From NCBI GenBank assembly GCA_918234285.1, contig CAKJXZ020000003.1, positions 70,933-134,932 of the forward strand: 64,000 bases of DNA. The letters run 5' to 3'. The position numbers and the translations under genes are program-made. The notes beneath the pieces were generated by a model. That model ran no database searches. It was not told the origin of the DNA and saw only the letters and a program-made list of their open reading frames with translations. Position 1 is the stretch's first letter. Each line of letters opens with the position of its first letter. This document shows, one piece after another, positions 49,720-60,231 of this stretch. Source of the DNA: Pseudomonadota bacterium (GTDB lineage: Bacteria > Pseudomonadota > Alphaproteobacteria > RF32 > CAG-239).

Positions 49720-51447
49720 ATGTCATACCAATTAATGTTTCAAAAAGCGGTTGAGCTGCAGCAAAACGGTGCCTTAAACGAAGCCGAACAAATTTACCGG
49801 CAAATTCTCGAAACCGCACCCAATAATGCCGATGTACTGAATCTGCTCGGCTTGATTGCGCAAACCCGCGGTATTCACGGCGAGGCGGTAAATTATTTTT
49901 ACAAAGCAATAGAAAATGCTCCGCAACATTGGCCGATTTTCTTCAATTTAGCCGTTTCGCTCGGTGCCTTGAGCAAGTTTGTGGAAGCGGCAGAGGCCTA
50001 TCAAAAGGTGCTTTCGCTTAAGCCCGATTGTAAAGAAGCGCATTTCGGGCTGGGCAATCTTTATTGGGCGCAGAATAATCTCGATGCCGCCAAAGAACAA
50101 TTTTCAGCCGCCCTTAACTTTGATGCCGATTACCTCGAAGCCGCCACCAATCTGGCAGAAGTCAGCGACGATACCGCCACGCTCGAAAAACTAGCCGCCG
50201 ACAATCCGCAAGCCCTCTATTATCTCGGTCGCCGCGCTTTTAATGCACATAATTTTGCTGATGCCGCCAAATATTTACGGCAAGCCGACGCATTGGCACA
50301 AGACGATGAAATAAAGTCTATGCTCGGCGAAGCCGAATTGGTGCTGGAAAACAAAGACACGGCGCAAAAGCTGTTTTATCAGGCGCTCAATCTTAATCCT
50401 TACAACCTGACCGCGCTGATAAATTTAGCCGATATGGAAGCAGATTCGCACAACTTCGGCGAGGCGGAAAAATTTTATAAACGCGGAATTGAAATCGCGC
50501 CGGATAACCTGCGTTTACACGCCAATTATGCCGAAATGCTGTGTCGTAACCGCCGCACGGTTGAGGGCTTGGAAGAATACCGACAGGCGGTGATTTTGGC
50601 TCCGCAAACGCCGGAACTTAGTTATAATTTAGCCTTGATTTTGAAAAGTCTGGAAGAATACGAACAAGCACTTGATTTAATGTTTCATGCTTTTTATCTG
50701 GCACCGGAACATACCGATTGGAGCCTCAATATCGCCGAAACATTGGTGCTGTTTAACGAGCAGGCGCCGGAAAAAGCGCGCAAAATCTGCGAAAACTGGT
50801 ATCAAAAAATGCCGGAAAACATAATTGTGCAGCACCTGTGGTCTTCTCTCAATCATCAAACCGCCGCCAACGAAAAAGAATATAATGCCTTGCTGTTTGA
50901 TAATTTTGCCGCCACTTATGAGCAGACACTCAAAAACATTCAATATTCGGTGATTGATAAAATCGCCGAACTGTATGCCCCGCTTAAAGGCAAAATTCTC
51001 GACTTGGGTTGCGGCACCGGTTTGGCGGCGCAAAAGCTTAAAGCCGAGCAAAATGAATTTGTCGGCGTAGATATATCGGCCAAAATGCTCGATTTGGCGC
51101 GGCAGAAAAATATTTATTCCGAGCTGAAACAGGCTGATATTACAGAATATTTGCACGATTCGCATCCGGATTTTGACTGCATAATTGCCGCCGACGTATT
51201 TTGCTATTTCGGCGATTTGCGTCCGCTTATTGCTTCCGCCGCCCCTACTCGCTTGATTTTTTCGGTAGAAACCGACAACACGGCGGAAAAATATACGATT
51301 CAGGCCAACGGGCGCTATAAACATAATCCGCAATATATCGAGTTATTGTTACATAATTCCGGCTACACCGATGTTACCTCAACCGAATTGGTTTTGCGCC
51401 GCGAAAACGGCAAAGATGTAATCGGCTGTATCTTCTGTGCCGCATAA
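49720..51447 (+). CDS. TPR-repeat protein fused to a class I SAM-dependent methyltransferase
   Basis: Multiple TPR units (AEQIYRQILETAPNNADVLNLLG...) and a C-terminal ILDLGCGTGLAAQKL motif I. Start at the ATG at 49720 with a GAGGAA RBS. Confidence 0.8.
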   Translation: MSYQLMFQKAVELQQNGALNEAEQIYRQILETAPNNADVLNLLGLIAQTRGIHGEAVNYFYKAIENAPQHWPIFFNLAVSLGALSKFVEAAEAYQKVLSLKPDCKEAHFGLGNLYWAQNNLDAAKEQFSAALNFDADYLEAATNLAEVSDDTATLEKLAADNPQALYYLGRRAFNAHNFADAAKYLRQADALAQDDEIKSMLGEAELVLENKDTAQKLFYQALNLNPYNLTALINLADMEADSHNFGEAEKFYKRGIEIAPDNLRLHANYAEMLCRNRRTVEGLEEYRQAVILAPQTPELSYNLALILKSLEEYEQALDLMFHAFYLAPEHTDWSLNIAETLVLFNEQAPEKARKICENWYQKMPENIIVQHLWSSLNHQTAANEKEYNALLFDNFAATYEQTLKNIQYSVIDKIAELYAPLKGKILDLGCGTGLAAQKLKAEQNEFVGVDISAKMLDLARQKNIYSELKQADITEYLHDSHPDFDCIIAADVFCYFGDLRPLIASAAPTRLIFSVETDNTAEKYTIQANGRYKHNPQYIELLLHNSGYTDVTSTELVLRRENGKDVIGCIFCAA

Positions 51448-51460
51448 TTTTTCAGCGCAC

Positions 51461-51494
51461 AAAAAAAGACGCTTCCGCGGAAGCGCCTTTTTAT
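51461..51494. terminator. bidirectional terminator
   Basis: AAAAAAAGACGCTTCCGCGGAAGCGCCTTTTT. Confidence 0.8.
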
Positions 51495-51514
51495 TTGAGC
51501 ATCAAAGCCGAATA

Positions 51515-54130
51515 TTAACCCATATCCTTGCCCATTCTGCTCTTAATCATAGCATTCAAAGCCTGCTCGCCGTTACCGGAAACAGAAGAAGCTTTTTCCG
51601 CACCGGCCTCAACCGCAGAGCCCGGAACAACTTTCTTCGGAGCTGTCGGTACAGCGTAATCGGTGGATTGCTTATCCTTTTCCATCCAACCTGCATTACT
51701 TCCCGTCTTGTACGGCTGTTCCTTGGTGGTGATAACCGCACCGTCATCAGCATGACCATCAACCGGTGTCGGAGCAGGAACAGGAGCCGGTTCCGGTTCA
51801 GGAACAGGGGCCGGTTCCGGTTCAGGTTTCGGCTCAACAACCTTCTTAACCACTGCCTTAAAGTGCTCCCAGTAGCTTACGTGAGCGCAATTAACGTCAC
51901 CGGCCTTATGCATCAAATCGGAAGTACCGACATAGCGGTTGTTGTTAAGGTGCTCCAAACTCTTATCCAAGTCATCACCGCTGGCCGTAATGCGATTCAA
52001 CGTATTACCGAGATCTTCGGCAGAAACATTCACTTTTTCTTCGCAGAAGATAATGTGATTCAAAGCCTTAATTTCGGTTGCATTGGTCCAATAATCCGGT
52101 TCACCGTTAACCATCGTGGATTGAATCAATCCGCCGGAAACGTATTCACCTTTTTCACGCCAAGCGATGAGGTGCAGATACTTATACATAATCTCACCAA
52201 CTGGTTTATCCGGCAAAGCACCGTTATCGATAGCTTTCTGAATATTGTCTGCCATCTTTTGAGTAACTTCTTCCATATTATCCGGATTTACATCCCAACC
52301 GTAGATTTTAGCATATTCGGCAGCCTGACCTTGAACATGGTTTTCAATCCATTTTTCCTGACCGGAAGAAATACCCTCTCTCCAATCGGCATGGGTAACT
52401 TCAACCGGAGCAGCATCGGCATTACCACCATTACCGCCGTTATCGGCAACCGGAGCTTCATTTTGATTATCGTTCAACGGAGCGAAGTGGTCCGGATTAT
52501 GGTCAACACCCATATTATAGTCGGCATTATAAGCATCAGCTGCACTGTTGGCCATGCAGAATTCCGACAAACCGGTACCCAAAATGCTGAGGTAGAAGTA
52601 AGTACGAGCCTTCTTGTAACCCTTCAAGCTCTCCGCTGTCTGGTCTTCCTGATATTGCTGCTCAGCTTCTTTCATTTGTGCATGAGCATTGACGTTGCCG
52701 CCGATCATACGCGTACCGGAGGAAATCGCTCTGGTACCCATATAAGCACCGGCACCGGCCAAACCTAACACAGCACCGCCGCCGACAATTACCGGAGTGG
52801 CCAAACCGACAATCGCCGCACTGGCCAAACCGTACTTTCTGTTGGTACGTCTTTGACGATCGAATCTCTCTTTTTCTTTTGGATTCGCCATAATGGATTT
52901 ATAAGCGTTACGAATACCGTTCCAACCTTTCCAGTTAGCGATTTCCTGTTCGTTACCGCTGGCTTGGGCAGCCTTATAGTTGGCATGTTTCTTTTCCCAA
53001 ATCGTCCACTTAGACGGAGCAAACGATTGGTAAACACCATAAGCCGCAGCAGCAGCCAAGCCCGCCGGAATGGAATACAGAGCCGCACCCACCATACCGG
53101 CCGCAGCCAAAGTATTGGTAATACCGCGTCTGTGCGAGAAGTAACCGAACAAATCTCTACCGAATTCAACCGGAGTCATACCGCAATGCTTTTCAACAAA
53201 TCTGTTGAATTTTTCCAACTTGCGCGACAGCCAGGAACCGGACTTTTCTTTGCCGGCTTCATTTAATCTATCGACCTTATCCTGCATCTTCTCTTTGGTA
53301 GATTCGATGCTGGAATAGAACTGATTGGCTTGAATCTTAACTTTTTTACCGTCAATAAAATCTTTTACGGCTTTATCGTCATCGCCGAGCATCTGCAACA
53401 TGTCGCCGCGGAAATTGGTAATAACATCATCTTTCAAAGCATCTTTCTGCTCATCATCACTCTTAGCGGCAAAAGCGGCATCGTCCATGTGAGCCATCGA
53501 AACTTCGTTCAAAGCGGCACGCATCTTAGTCAGCCAGATTTCATTTTCATCTTCAACAGCCGCACCTTCTTCGTCAACAATGCTTACCTGATTACTGACT
53601 TTATTGATTTCGCTAATGCAAACGTTACGGAAATCATCACCGTCAAGAATACTGTCGATTTTTTCGGCATTGGCAACAATTGCATCATCGCTCATGCTCG
53701 GAGTCTGTTTTTGAACGGTTTCCTGCTTTTCCTGAATATGTTTCATTTTATCGGTTTCGGCAATCATGGCTTCGATAGCATCGCCTTTTTCCGGATCTTC
53801 TTTGATTTCCGGCAATTCGCGCATCATTTTCAATGCTTCTTTGCGCAAATCCTTACTTTTGGACGCACTCAAGAACTCGGCAATCTTTTCCAATTCAGCC
53901 GTGTCATTTTCTGCGCGTGCCACATCTGCACGATACAATGCGTTCAGTTCCTTAAGTAACGGACGATTGTTATCAAAATCCTTAATGGTTGCCAATACGC
54001 CGTTATCCGGATCATGCTCTTTTAAATATCTGATAGCCTGGTCCAAATCTTTGCCGTAGGCATACGACTGAATAATTTTTTCTGCGTTTCTGATCTTGTC
54101 TTCAACCGCAGCATTTCTTTGATTTGCCAT
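51515..54130 (-). CDS. large orphan protein (871 aa) with two central Gly/Ala-rich hydrophobic hairpins and a Pro-rich repeat
   Basis: An acidic helical N-terminal half. Hydrophobic segments NTLAAAGMVGAALYSIPAGLAAAAAYGVY and YGLASAAIVGLATPVIVGGGAVLGLAGAGAYMG. A PEPEPAPVPEPEPAPVPAP repeat near the C-terminus. No family recognised. Confidence 0.7.
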   Translation of the reverse strand: MANQRNAAVEDKIRNAEKIIQSYAYGKDLDQAIRYLKEHDPDNGVLATIKDFDNNRPLLKELNALYRADVARAENDTAELEKIAEFLSASKSKDLRKEALKMMRELPEIKEDPEKGDAIEAMIAETDKMKHIQEKQETVQKQTPSMSDDAIVANAEKIDSILDGDDFRNVCISEINKVSNQVSIVDEEGAAVEDENEIWLTKMRAALNEVSMAHMDDAAFAAKSDDEQKDALKDDVITNFRGDMLQMLGDDDKAVKDFIDGKKVKIQANQFYSSIESTKEKMQDKVDRLNEAGKEKSGSWLSRKLEKFNRFVEKHCGMTPVEFGRDLFGYFSHRRGITNTLAAAGMVGAALYSIPAGLAAAAAYGVYQSFAPSKWTIWEKKHANYKAAQASGNEQEIANWKGWNGIRNAYKSIMANPKEKERFDRQRRTNRKYGLASAAIVGLATPVIVGGGAVLGLAGAGAYMGTRAISSGTRMIGGNVNAHAQMKEAEQQYQEDQTAESLKGYKKARTYFYLSILGTGLSEFCMANSAADAYNADYNMGVDHNPDHFAPLNDNQNEAPVADNGGNGGNADAAPVEVTHADWREGISSGQEKWIENHVQGQAAEYAKIYGWDVNPDNMEEVTQKMADNIQKAIDNGALPDKPVGEIMYKYLHLIAWREKGEYVSGGLIQSTMVNGEPDYWTNATEIKALNHIIFCEEKVNVSAEDLGNTLNRITASGDDLDKSLEHLNNNRYVGTSDLMHKAGDVNCAHVSYWEHFKAVVKKVVEPKPEPEPAPVPEPEPAPVPAPTPVDGHADDGAVITTKEQPYKTGSNAGWMEKDKQSTDYAVPTAPKKVVPGSAVEAGAEKASSVSGNGEQALNAMIKSRMGKDMG

Positions 54131-54385
54131 TTGAAAACTCCTTTAAGTGCATATTTCGTCATTATTTCTGCACCGACTATACACCCATTTTTACTATTTT
54201 GCAACACTTTTTTGTCGAAAAATGCATTTTTTTTATATTTTTTTTCTAAATATCCCGAATCAGCCTTATTTTAGGCGCTTTGACAAATTGAAGAAAATTA
54301 CATTTTTGGTTAAAAATAAAAAAATCTTGCTTTATCGTCGCGAACATAATATAACAGCGACATTATAATATATAGGGAAAAAGTT

Positions 54386-55468
54386 ATGAAAGTTGATTTG
54401 TTTGATTTCGATTTGGATAAAGAGCTGATTGCCAAAGAGCCGGCGAATCCGCGTGATTCATCGCGATTGCTGGATTTATCGGAAGAAAACACCATTACCG
54501 ACCGCCATTTTTACGACTTGCCGCAAATCCTCAAGTCGGGCGATGTTATGGTGTTTAACGATACCAAAGTTATCCCGGCGCGGCTCTACGGCAAGCGGGG
54601 CGAAGCCCTGGTCGAGGTTACGCTGTATCACCCGGACGACGGCATTCGCTGGTGGTCGTTTATCAAAAATTCCAAACGCCTGCATGTCGGCGATACCATT
54701 CATTTTTACAATGCCGACATTACCGCCGAAGAATCCTACTTTTCCGCCGATATTTTGCAAAAAGACACCGAGGACGGCGTGTTTATCAAATTCAATTGCG
54801 AGCCGGATAAATTGGGCGTCATGCTCGAAAAATACGGTTCTATGCCGCTACCGCCTTACATCAAACGCGACAAGCCTTTGGCCGGATTATGGAATCCGTA
54901 TAACGACAAAGAAAACTATCAAACGGTTTATGCCAAATATGAGGGTGCGGTTGCCGCTCCCACCGCCGGCTTACATTTTACCGACCGCCTCTTAAAAGAA
55001 ATCGACAATATGGGAGTCAAACGTGTGTTTTTAACGCTGCACGTCGGAGCCGGTACCTTTTTGCCGGTCAAAACCGAAGACACCAAAGACCATAAAATGC
55101 ACGCCGAATACGGTGTTATCTCTCCGGAGACCGCCGACCTCATCAATCAAGCCAAGAAGGAAGGACGCCGTATTATCGCCGTCGGCACCACTTCGGTTCG
55201 CCTTTTGGAGAGTGCCGCCGATGACCGGGGCATTCTGCATCCTTTTTGCGGTGAAACCGATATTTTCATCACACCCGGCTATAAATTTAAGATGCTGGAT
55301 ATGATTATCACCAACTTTCATCTGCCGAAGTCAACTTTATTTATGCTGATTTGTGCCATTGCCGGCACCGAACGGATGAAGGCGGCCTATGCTCACGCCA
55401 TTGCCGAGCGCTATCGTTTTTATTCGTACGGCGACAGCTCTATTTTAAAATGTATAAATAAAATTTAA
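54386..55468 (+). CDS. queA: S-adenosylmethionine:tRNA ribosyltransferase-isomerase
   Basis: MKVDLFDFDLDKELIAKEPANPRDSSRLL...VAAPTAGLHFT...HVGAGTF are canonical QueA segments. Confidence 0.93.
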   Translation: MKVDLFDFDLDKELIAKEPANPRDSSRLLDLSEENTITDRHFYDLPQILKSGDVMVFNDTKVIPARLYGKRGEALVEVTLYHPDDGIRWWSFIKNSKRLHVGDTIHFYNADITAEESYFSADILQKDTEDGVFIKFNCEPDKLGVMLEKYGSMPLPPYIKRDKPLAGLWNPYNDKENYQTVYAKYEGAVAAPTAGLHFTDRLLKEIDNMGVKRVFLTLHVGAGTFLPVKTEDTKDHKMHAEYGVISPETADLINQAKKEGRRIIAVGTTSVRLLESAADDRGILHPFCGETDIFITPGYKFKMLDMIITNFHLPKSTLFMLICAIAGTERMKAAYAHAIAERYRFYSYGDSSILKCINKI

Positions 55469-55508
55469 ACGCTTTTGTTTTATCCTTTTGCTCTAAAGGA
55501 GAAAAACA

Positions 55509-56681
55509 GTGTTTATCAAACCGCCGGAGAATATAAAATACATTTTTTCAACCATCAAAAGTTCGTTTTTGCCGGCTGTTATTCTGTTTATCGGACTGAT
55601 TGCGTTTTATGCGCAAAATCCTTACGAAGACAATGTCGCCACCGTATTGCATTATTTATTTTTTCTGGTGGCGTCCGTAAACATCGCTTTACTGTGCATT
55701 TCTAACCAATCCAAGCCTCTGTTCAGTCTGTTACTCGGTGTCGTCAGTTATATAATCATTAATCAGCTGAAAATGTCGTATGGAGAAAATTATATTTCGT
55801 CTACGGAATTTTATTGCCTTTGCTTTATTTTGCCGATTAATTTTGTTTTCTTATATTTTCTGCCGCAATCAAAATTACAGGAAAAACGTAACACCTATTT
55901 ATTGCTCGGTTTATTGGCGCTGACTGCCCTGTTGTCGCACCTTCACTCCGTGTTTGCGTTTATTCCGCACATAGATATCACCCTGGAGGCGATTCCGTTG
56001 TGGGCTTGCGTATTTTGGATTGTTTTGTTGGCACCGTTGGCAATCAACATCAGTTTCAAAAACACCATTGTCAACACCGGTCTGTTTTATGCGGTTGCCA
56101 GTCTGTTTATGGGAATTGTTTATTCCAATTCGCCGTCGGGTTTAACCACGTTCTTTTTGGGATTTGCTCTGATTCTGCTGTGCGTGACCGTCTTAAATCT
56201 TTATCGCAGCTTTAATTACGATGAATTGGAAAACGTCGGCAGCAAAATCGCCTATATGAATCATGCCAATTCCAAATTCCCGTTTAAATATACTATTGCC
56301 TTGTTCAGTATTGACAACCGCGATAAACTGCTCAGCGCCATCGGAGAAGCCCAATGCAAGGTACTCGATCAAATGGTGGTTAACCGCATCTTGGAAATGC
56401 CGTATAATTTCAGTATTTATCGCTATAACGAGGCTGAATTGATTTTAGTTTTCAAAAACGAAGATGCCCGCCATGTCAAGGAATTCGCCGACAACATCCG
56501 TCGCAACATTGCCGCCGCAGAATTTGTTTTTGCCTCACGCAAGAGTGTCAAAATCACTATTTCTGTGTGTGTTTCGGAAAAAACCCGTAAGGATTTGGAT
56601 GCCGCCGAAGTTACCGAGCGTACCCATAATGCGCTACAAAAAAACTATCGTTTCAATTGCAATATCATTACCGTAGCTTAG
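55509..56681 (+). CDS. polytopic membrane protein with a degenerate GGDEF-like C-terminal domain
   Basis: About 7 TM helices followed by ...ALFSIDN...IYRYNEAELILVF..., where RYNEAE occupies the position of RxGGDEF. Confidence 0.6.
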   Translation: MFIKPPENIKYIFSTIKSSFLPAVILFIGLIAFYAQNPYEDNVATVLHYLFFLVASVNIALLCISNQSKPLFSLLLGVVSYIIINQLKMSYGENYISSTEFYCLCFILPINFVFLYFLPQSKLQEKRNTYLLLGLLALTALLSHLHSVFAFIPHIDITLEAIPLWACVFWIVLLAPLAINISFKNTIVNTGLFYAVASLFMGIVYSNSPSGLTTFFLGFALILLCVTVLNLYRSFNYDELENVGSKIAYMNHANSKFPFKYTIALFSIDNRDKLLSAIGEAQCKVLDQMVVNRILEMPYNFSIYRYNEAELILVFKNEDARHVKEFADNIRRNIAAAEFVFASRKSVKITISVCVSEKTRKDLDAAEVTERTHNALQKNYRFNCNIITVA

Positions 56682-57481
56682 CTTTTTGCGCCCGTTCGCA
56701 GCAAACAGCGACCGCACAGCCATACACCCAGCAACGTAATCGGCACGGAAAGCCATTGTCCCATGGTCATTCCGAGCCACAAAAATCCGAGTTGCGCATC
56801 AGGTTCGCGAAATTGTTCAACCGCCAGACGGCACAGCGCATATCCCAATAAAAATGCGCCGGAAATAAAGCCGGTATTCTCGCGACACCATTTATTGCGC
56901 CACATTAAATTAAGCACAATAAACAAACATATTCCTTCCAAACAGGCCTCATAAATTTGCGACGGGTGTCGCGGCAGATATCCGCCGCGCGGAAAACGCA
57001 CCGCCCACGCCACATCGGTCACGCGCCCCCATAATTCGTCGTTGATAAAATTGGCCAATCTGCCGAAAAAAATCCCCATCGGCACCACCGGTGCCACCAA
57101 ATCGGTCAGTTTCAAAAACGGATATTTAATCATTTTCGTAAAAACAAATAAAGCGACAATAACTCCGATTATGCCGCCGTGAAACGACATTCCGCCATGC
57201 CATATTGCCAGCATTTCCAGCGGATTTTGCCAATACTGCGCCCCGCCGTAAAACAAAATATAGCCGATTCTCCCGCCGAGAATAATCCCGAGCGTTACGG
57301 CAAACGCCGCATCTTCGCAATTCTGTTTTGTCAGCCCGAGGTTATATTTTTTTATTCTGACGGCAGCCAACCACCATCCCAGCAAAATGCCAACCAAATA
57401 CGCCATGGAATACCATCTGACCGCTATCGGCCCGATGGAAAAAATTATCGGTGATATTTCCGGATACGCCAAACCGACCAT
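56678..57481 (-). CDS. lgt: prolipoprotein diacylglyceryl transferase
   Basis: ...IRWYSMAYLVGIL...GRIGY...HGG...RHPSQIYEA... is an Lgt pattern. Confidence 0.92.
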   Translation of the reverse strand: MVGLAYPEISPIIFSIGPIAVRWYSMAYLVGILLGWWLAAVRIKKYNLGLTKQNCEDAAFAVTLGIILGGRIGYILFYGGAQYWQNPLEMLAIWHGGMSFHGGIIGVIVALFVFTKMIKYPFLKLTDLVAPVVPMGIFFGRLANFINDELWGRVTDVAWAVRFPRGGYLPRHPSQIYEACLEGICLFIVLNLMWRNKWCRENTGFISGAFLLGYALCRLAVEQFREPDAQLGFLWLGMTMGQWLSVPITLLGVWLCGRCLLRTGAKS

Positions 57482-57718
57482 TTGTCCCCCTTTATAACGA
57501 ATTGCTTAAAAGTATATTAAGAAAAAACAGATAATCCACACATAAAAAATTATTATAAACACCTTTATTTTTAACCCACTGAAAAATCAAGTTTATTTTT
57601 GCTTATTATGCAAAAAAAATTTTTTTATGTGTAAAAAGTGGAAAAGTTAACGTTAAAATTTGAGTTTTATCTGCAAAGTATGTCATCTTGTAATTAAATT
57701 GATCACGGGAAAAGGTAA

Positions 57719-58195
57719 ATGCTGGCAGAAAACTTATACAACTTCAACCCTATCGATGATATCGAATACCTGTTTGTAGAGCGACAACACTCCACCGAAC
57801 GTCGCAACAATCACGAGGTTGTGGTGGAAATCAGCGGCAAATGGGATAATATGCTGTTTTTCTTCGCCTGGGAAGAAGAAATGCATTGCCTGCACATCTC
57901 CTGTATGATTAACATTGAGCCGGAAAACATTTATCTGCCTAGCATTTTCGAGCTTTTAGCTTTACTCAACGAAGATCTCTGGGTCGGTTATTTTTCTTAT
58001 TGGGAAGAAGTACGAATGCCTGTTTTCAAGCACTCGGTCATAATTGACGAGAAAGATACCAATATCATCGTTAAACTGCAGCAGATTCTCAATATTGCCA
58101 TTACCGAATGCGAGCGCGCCTATCCGGTGTTTCATGCCGTGTTTAAGCAAAACATCAGCCCGCGCAAAGCACTTATGCCGACTGTTCTGATGTAA
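57719..58195 (+). CDS. YbjN-domain (putative sensory-transduction-regulator/T3S-chaperone-like) protein
   Basis: Size and pattern (..VEISGKWDNMLFFFAWEEEMHCLHISC...) recall alphaproteobacterial YbjN-family proteins. Tentative. Confidence 0.5.
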   Translation: MLAENLYNFNPIDDIEYLFVERQHSTERRNNHEVVVEISGKWDNMLFFFAWEEEMHCLHISCMINIEPENIYLPSIFELLALLNEDLWVGYFSYWEEVRMPVFKHSVIIDEKDTNIIVKLQQILNIAITECERAYPVFHAVFKQNISPRKALMPTVLM

Positions 58196-58934
58196 TTTCA
58201 CGCCATTTTATCAGGCATTTTGCCAGTTCATCTCCGCTTTTTTCGTCGCGGATGACATGCATACTCTCCGATTCGTTTTGCTTAGTTTCCACTTTAACCT
58301 TTTCACCGAAAAGCGCTTCTTTCTTAAAGTTCAATTCAATTTCAATCGGCAAGTGCGAAATACGGTATTTGCTGTCCAAACTCTCGCTGGCCCATACCGG
58401 ATACACTGCATTGTTAACGTGATTATTAACGTCGATATCGTCGAAACGCACCGCAAATTCTGTTACCAAATCCGGATTCTCTACTTCCGGCAACTTATGA
58501 AAATCATCTTCCATAACCCGCTCGTCCAAACATTTGTAGTCCGGAAAATATTTACTCAAAGCCACCGGTCGACGCCGCTCATAATCCACCAACACCCACT
58601 GGCTGGAAGCACAGGCAATCACTCCACCGTTTGTGTCTTTAATATTAAAGTTACGAATTGCGCCCCAAAGTTTGGCCTCTGCCGGCCACGTTTCAATCAC
58701 AAAATGTTCGTCAATCCGCGGCAACCTCTTAATCTTTATCAGATAATTGGAACCCACCCAAGTCAAATTGTGTTCGTGACATTGCGCAAACCCCAGACCC
58801 AACACATCGGCATTTTCACAGGCAATATCCTGTAAAATGTTCATCAAGGTCAAAATGCGCAAAAAGCCGTGGCAATCCGCCTCATAACTTTTGACGATAT
58901 ATTCTTTGATATACTTGGTAATCTGTTGCGACAT
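58173..58934 (-). CDS. acyl-ACP thioesterase
   Basis: A double-hotdog FatA/B-like pattern: ...YEADCHGFLRI..LMNILQD.A...W.......RP and a second half ..VRFDDIDVNNHVNNAVY. Confidence 0.78.
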   Translation of the reverse strand: MSQQITKYIKEYIVKSYEADCHGFLRILTLMNILQDIACENADVLGLGFAQCHEHNLTWVGSNYLIKIKRLPRIDEHFVIETWPAEAKLWGAIRNFNIKDTNGGVIACASSQWVLVDYERRRPVALSKYFPDYKCLDERVMEDDFHKLPEVENPDLVTEFAVRFDDIDVNNHVNNAVYPVWASESLDSKYRISHLPIEIELNFKKEALFGEKVKVETKQNESESMHVIRDEKSGDELAKCLIKWREITSEQSA

Positions 58935-58939
58935 TGCTA

Positions 58940-59548
58940 TTAAAACAACTCTTTACCGGAAGACAAACCGGCCACTTTATAAGACTCAAAACGTTTGCTC
59001 AAACGATTCGCATAAAGCGCACCTTCGGTCGAATTACCCGAGTGATAACTCTTTGCGGCCTGCTTCCAATCGTTGCCGTTACGCGAATAAAGCGTGCGCA
59101 AGAACTTAGCACTGTAACGTACGTTTTGCTGCGGATCCATCGCATCTTCAAGCGAAGAAAACGCCTTACCGTGGAACTTCATATTGATTTGCATACAACC
59201 GACATCGATGCTCGTAACCCCGCTCGCAATAAACTTTTTAGCGGCAGCAATAGCTTCCTCTTTTGTTTTGAAATAGTAACCGCGACCCTTGGCATTCACG
59301 GTCCACGGCCATGCCACATAAGCATTATGAAATTCGTTCCATACACCGCTTTCAACCGCGGCTATGGTTTGGAGTAAATCAAAATTAACTCCGTAGTCGG
59401 CACTTGCTTCCTTGGCAGCCGCCAAACAAAGAGAGCTGTCCGAAACATGCTCTTTAGCCGATAATATTTCAGTATCTTCATTAGCATAAATTGCCCCGCT
59501 GATTAAAACGCAGACACTGAACAATAAAATTGCAAACTTGTTTAACAC
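58940..59548 (-). CDS. lytic transglycosylase (SLT domain), secreted
   Basis: Signal peptide, ...IAAVESG.. (catalytic Glu-Ser), ...VGCMQIN... Confidence 0.8.
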   Translation of the reverse strand: MLNKFAILLFSVCVLISGAIYANEDTEILSAKEHVSDSSLCLAAAKEASADYGVNFDLLQTIAAVESGVWNEFHNAYVAWPWTVNAKGRGYYFKTKEEAIAAAKKFIASGVTSIDVGCMQINMKFHGKAFSSLEDAMDPQQNVRYSAKFLRTLYSRNGNDWKQAAKSYHSGNSTEGALYANRLSKRFESYKVAGLSSGKELF

Positions 59549-59877
59549 GATGACGTGTCATCCCATAAATCTGCCTGCCGCCAAACACGCCTCCCGACTT
59601 TTAAGAATTTCAGCCTGTTCTTACAACCTAATGCCGACAGCCTCAGCAGTATTAAACCTATTAACCGTTCATTAAAAAAGATTAACAAACCGTTAAACAA
59701 GAGTCATATAACACGGCTTTTTTTAAAAATCCAGTAAAAAACGCTTTTTATCCGTATTTTTATAGTTAAAATTCAAACAACCAATTGTTTTATAATGGTT
59801 TTTTCAATAAATAAAAATGCCGTTTTTTATATTTTTAAGTCCGAAATTCCTCATTTGCATATTGTAAAAATTCTATC

Positions 59878-59905
59878 TTGATATTTTTAAAAGAATCTCT
59901 ATATT
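59878..59905 (+). promoter_or_regulatory. candidate ssrA promoter
   Basis: TTGATA at 59878..59883, a 16-nt spacer, then TATATT at 59900..59905. Confidence 0.45.
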
Positions 59906-59911
59906 ATGAAT

Positions 59912-60218
59912 CGTCAGGCAACTGACTGTGACACCAGAGGCCTTATGAAATAGGTACGTCGGACCCGAGGGCAGTACTCGGCACCTCCACCATTTTACGG
60001 GGGTGAAACAGGATTGACGGTGTATAGTAAAGATATGTGTTGTGTCCGGTGAGATACCACCGTTATCGGTTCAAACTAAATAAACGCAAATGATAATTTT
60101 GCACCTGTTGCCGTTGCTGCGTAATGCGGTAAATGCAACGAATTTCAATTCTTTGAGCTTTGGTTAGCTTAAAGTGGGGAGTGAGCCGCCCAGCAACAGA
60201 ACGGCTCGTTTGATTTTA
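59912..60218 (+). ncRNA. ssrA: circularly permuted (two-piece) tmRNA
   Basis: The acceptor piece ends ...CACCTCC-A-CCA at 59992. After a 6-nt spacer the coding piece starts GGGGGTGAAACAGGATTGACGG at 59999, and G3 pairs with U (the alanine identity element). The tag ORF GCA AAT GAT AAT TTT GCA CCT GTT GCC GTT GCT GCG TAA (60086..60124) encodes ANDNFAPVAVAA. A terminator hairpin lies at 60183..60207. Confidence 0.85.
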
Positions 60219-60231
60219 TTAAGAGGAAAAA

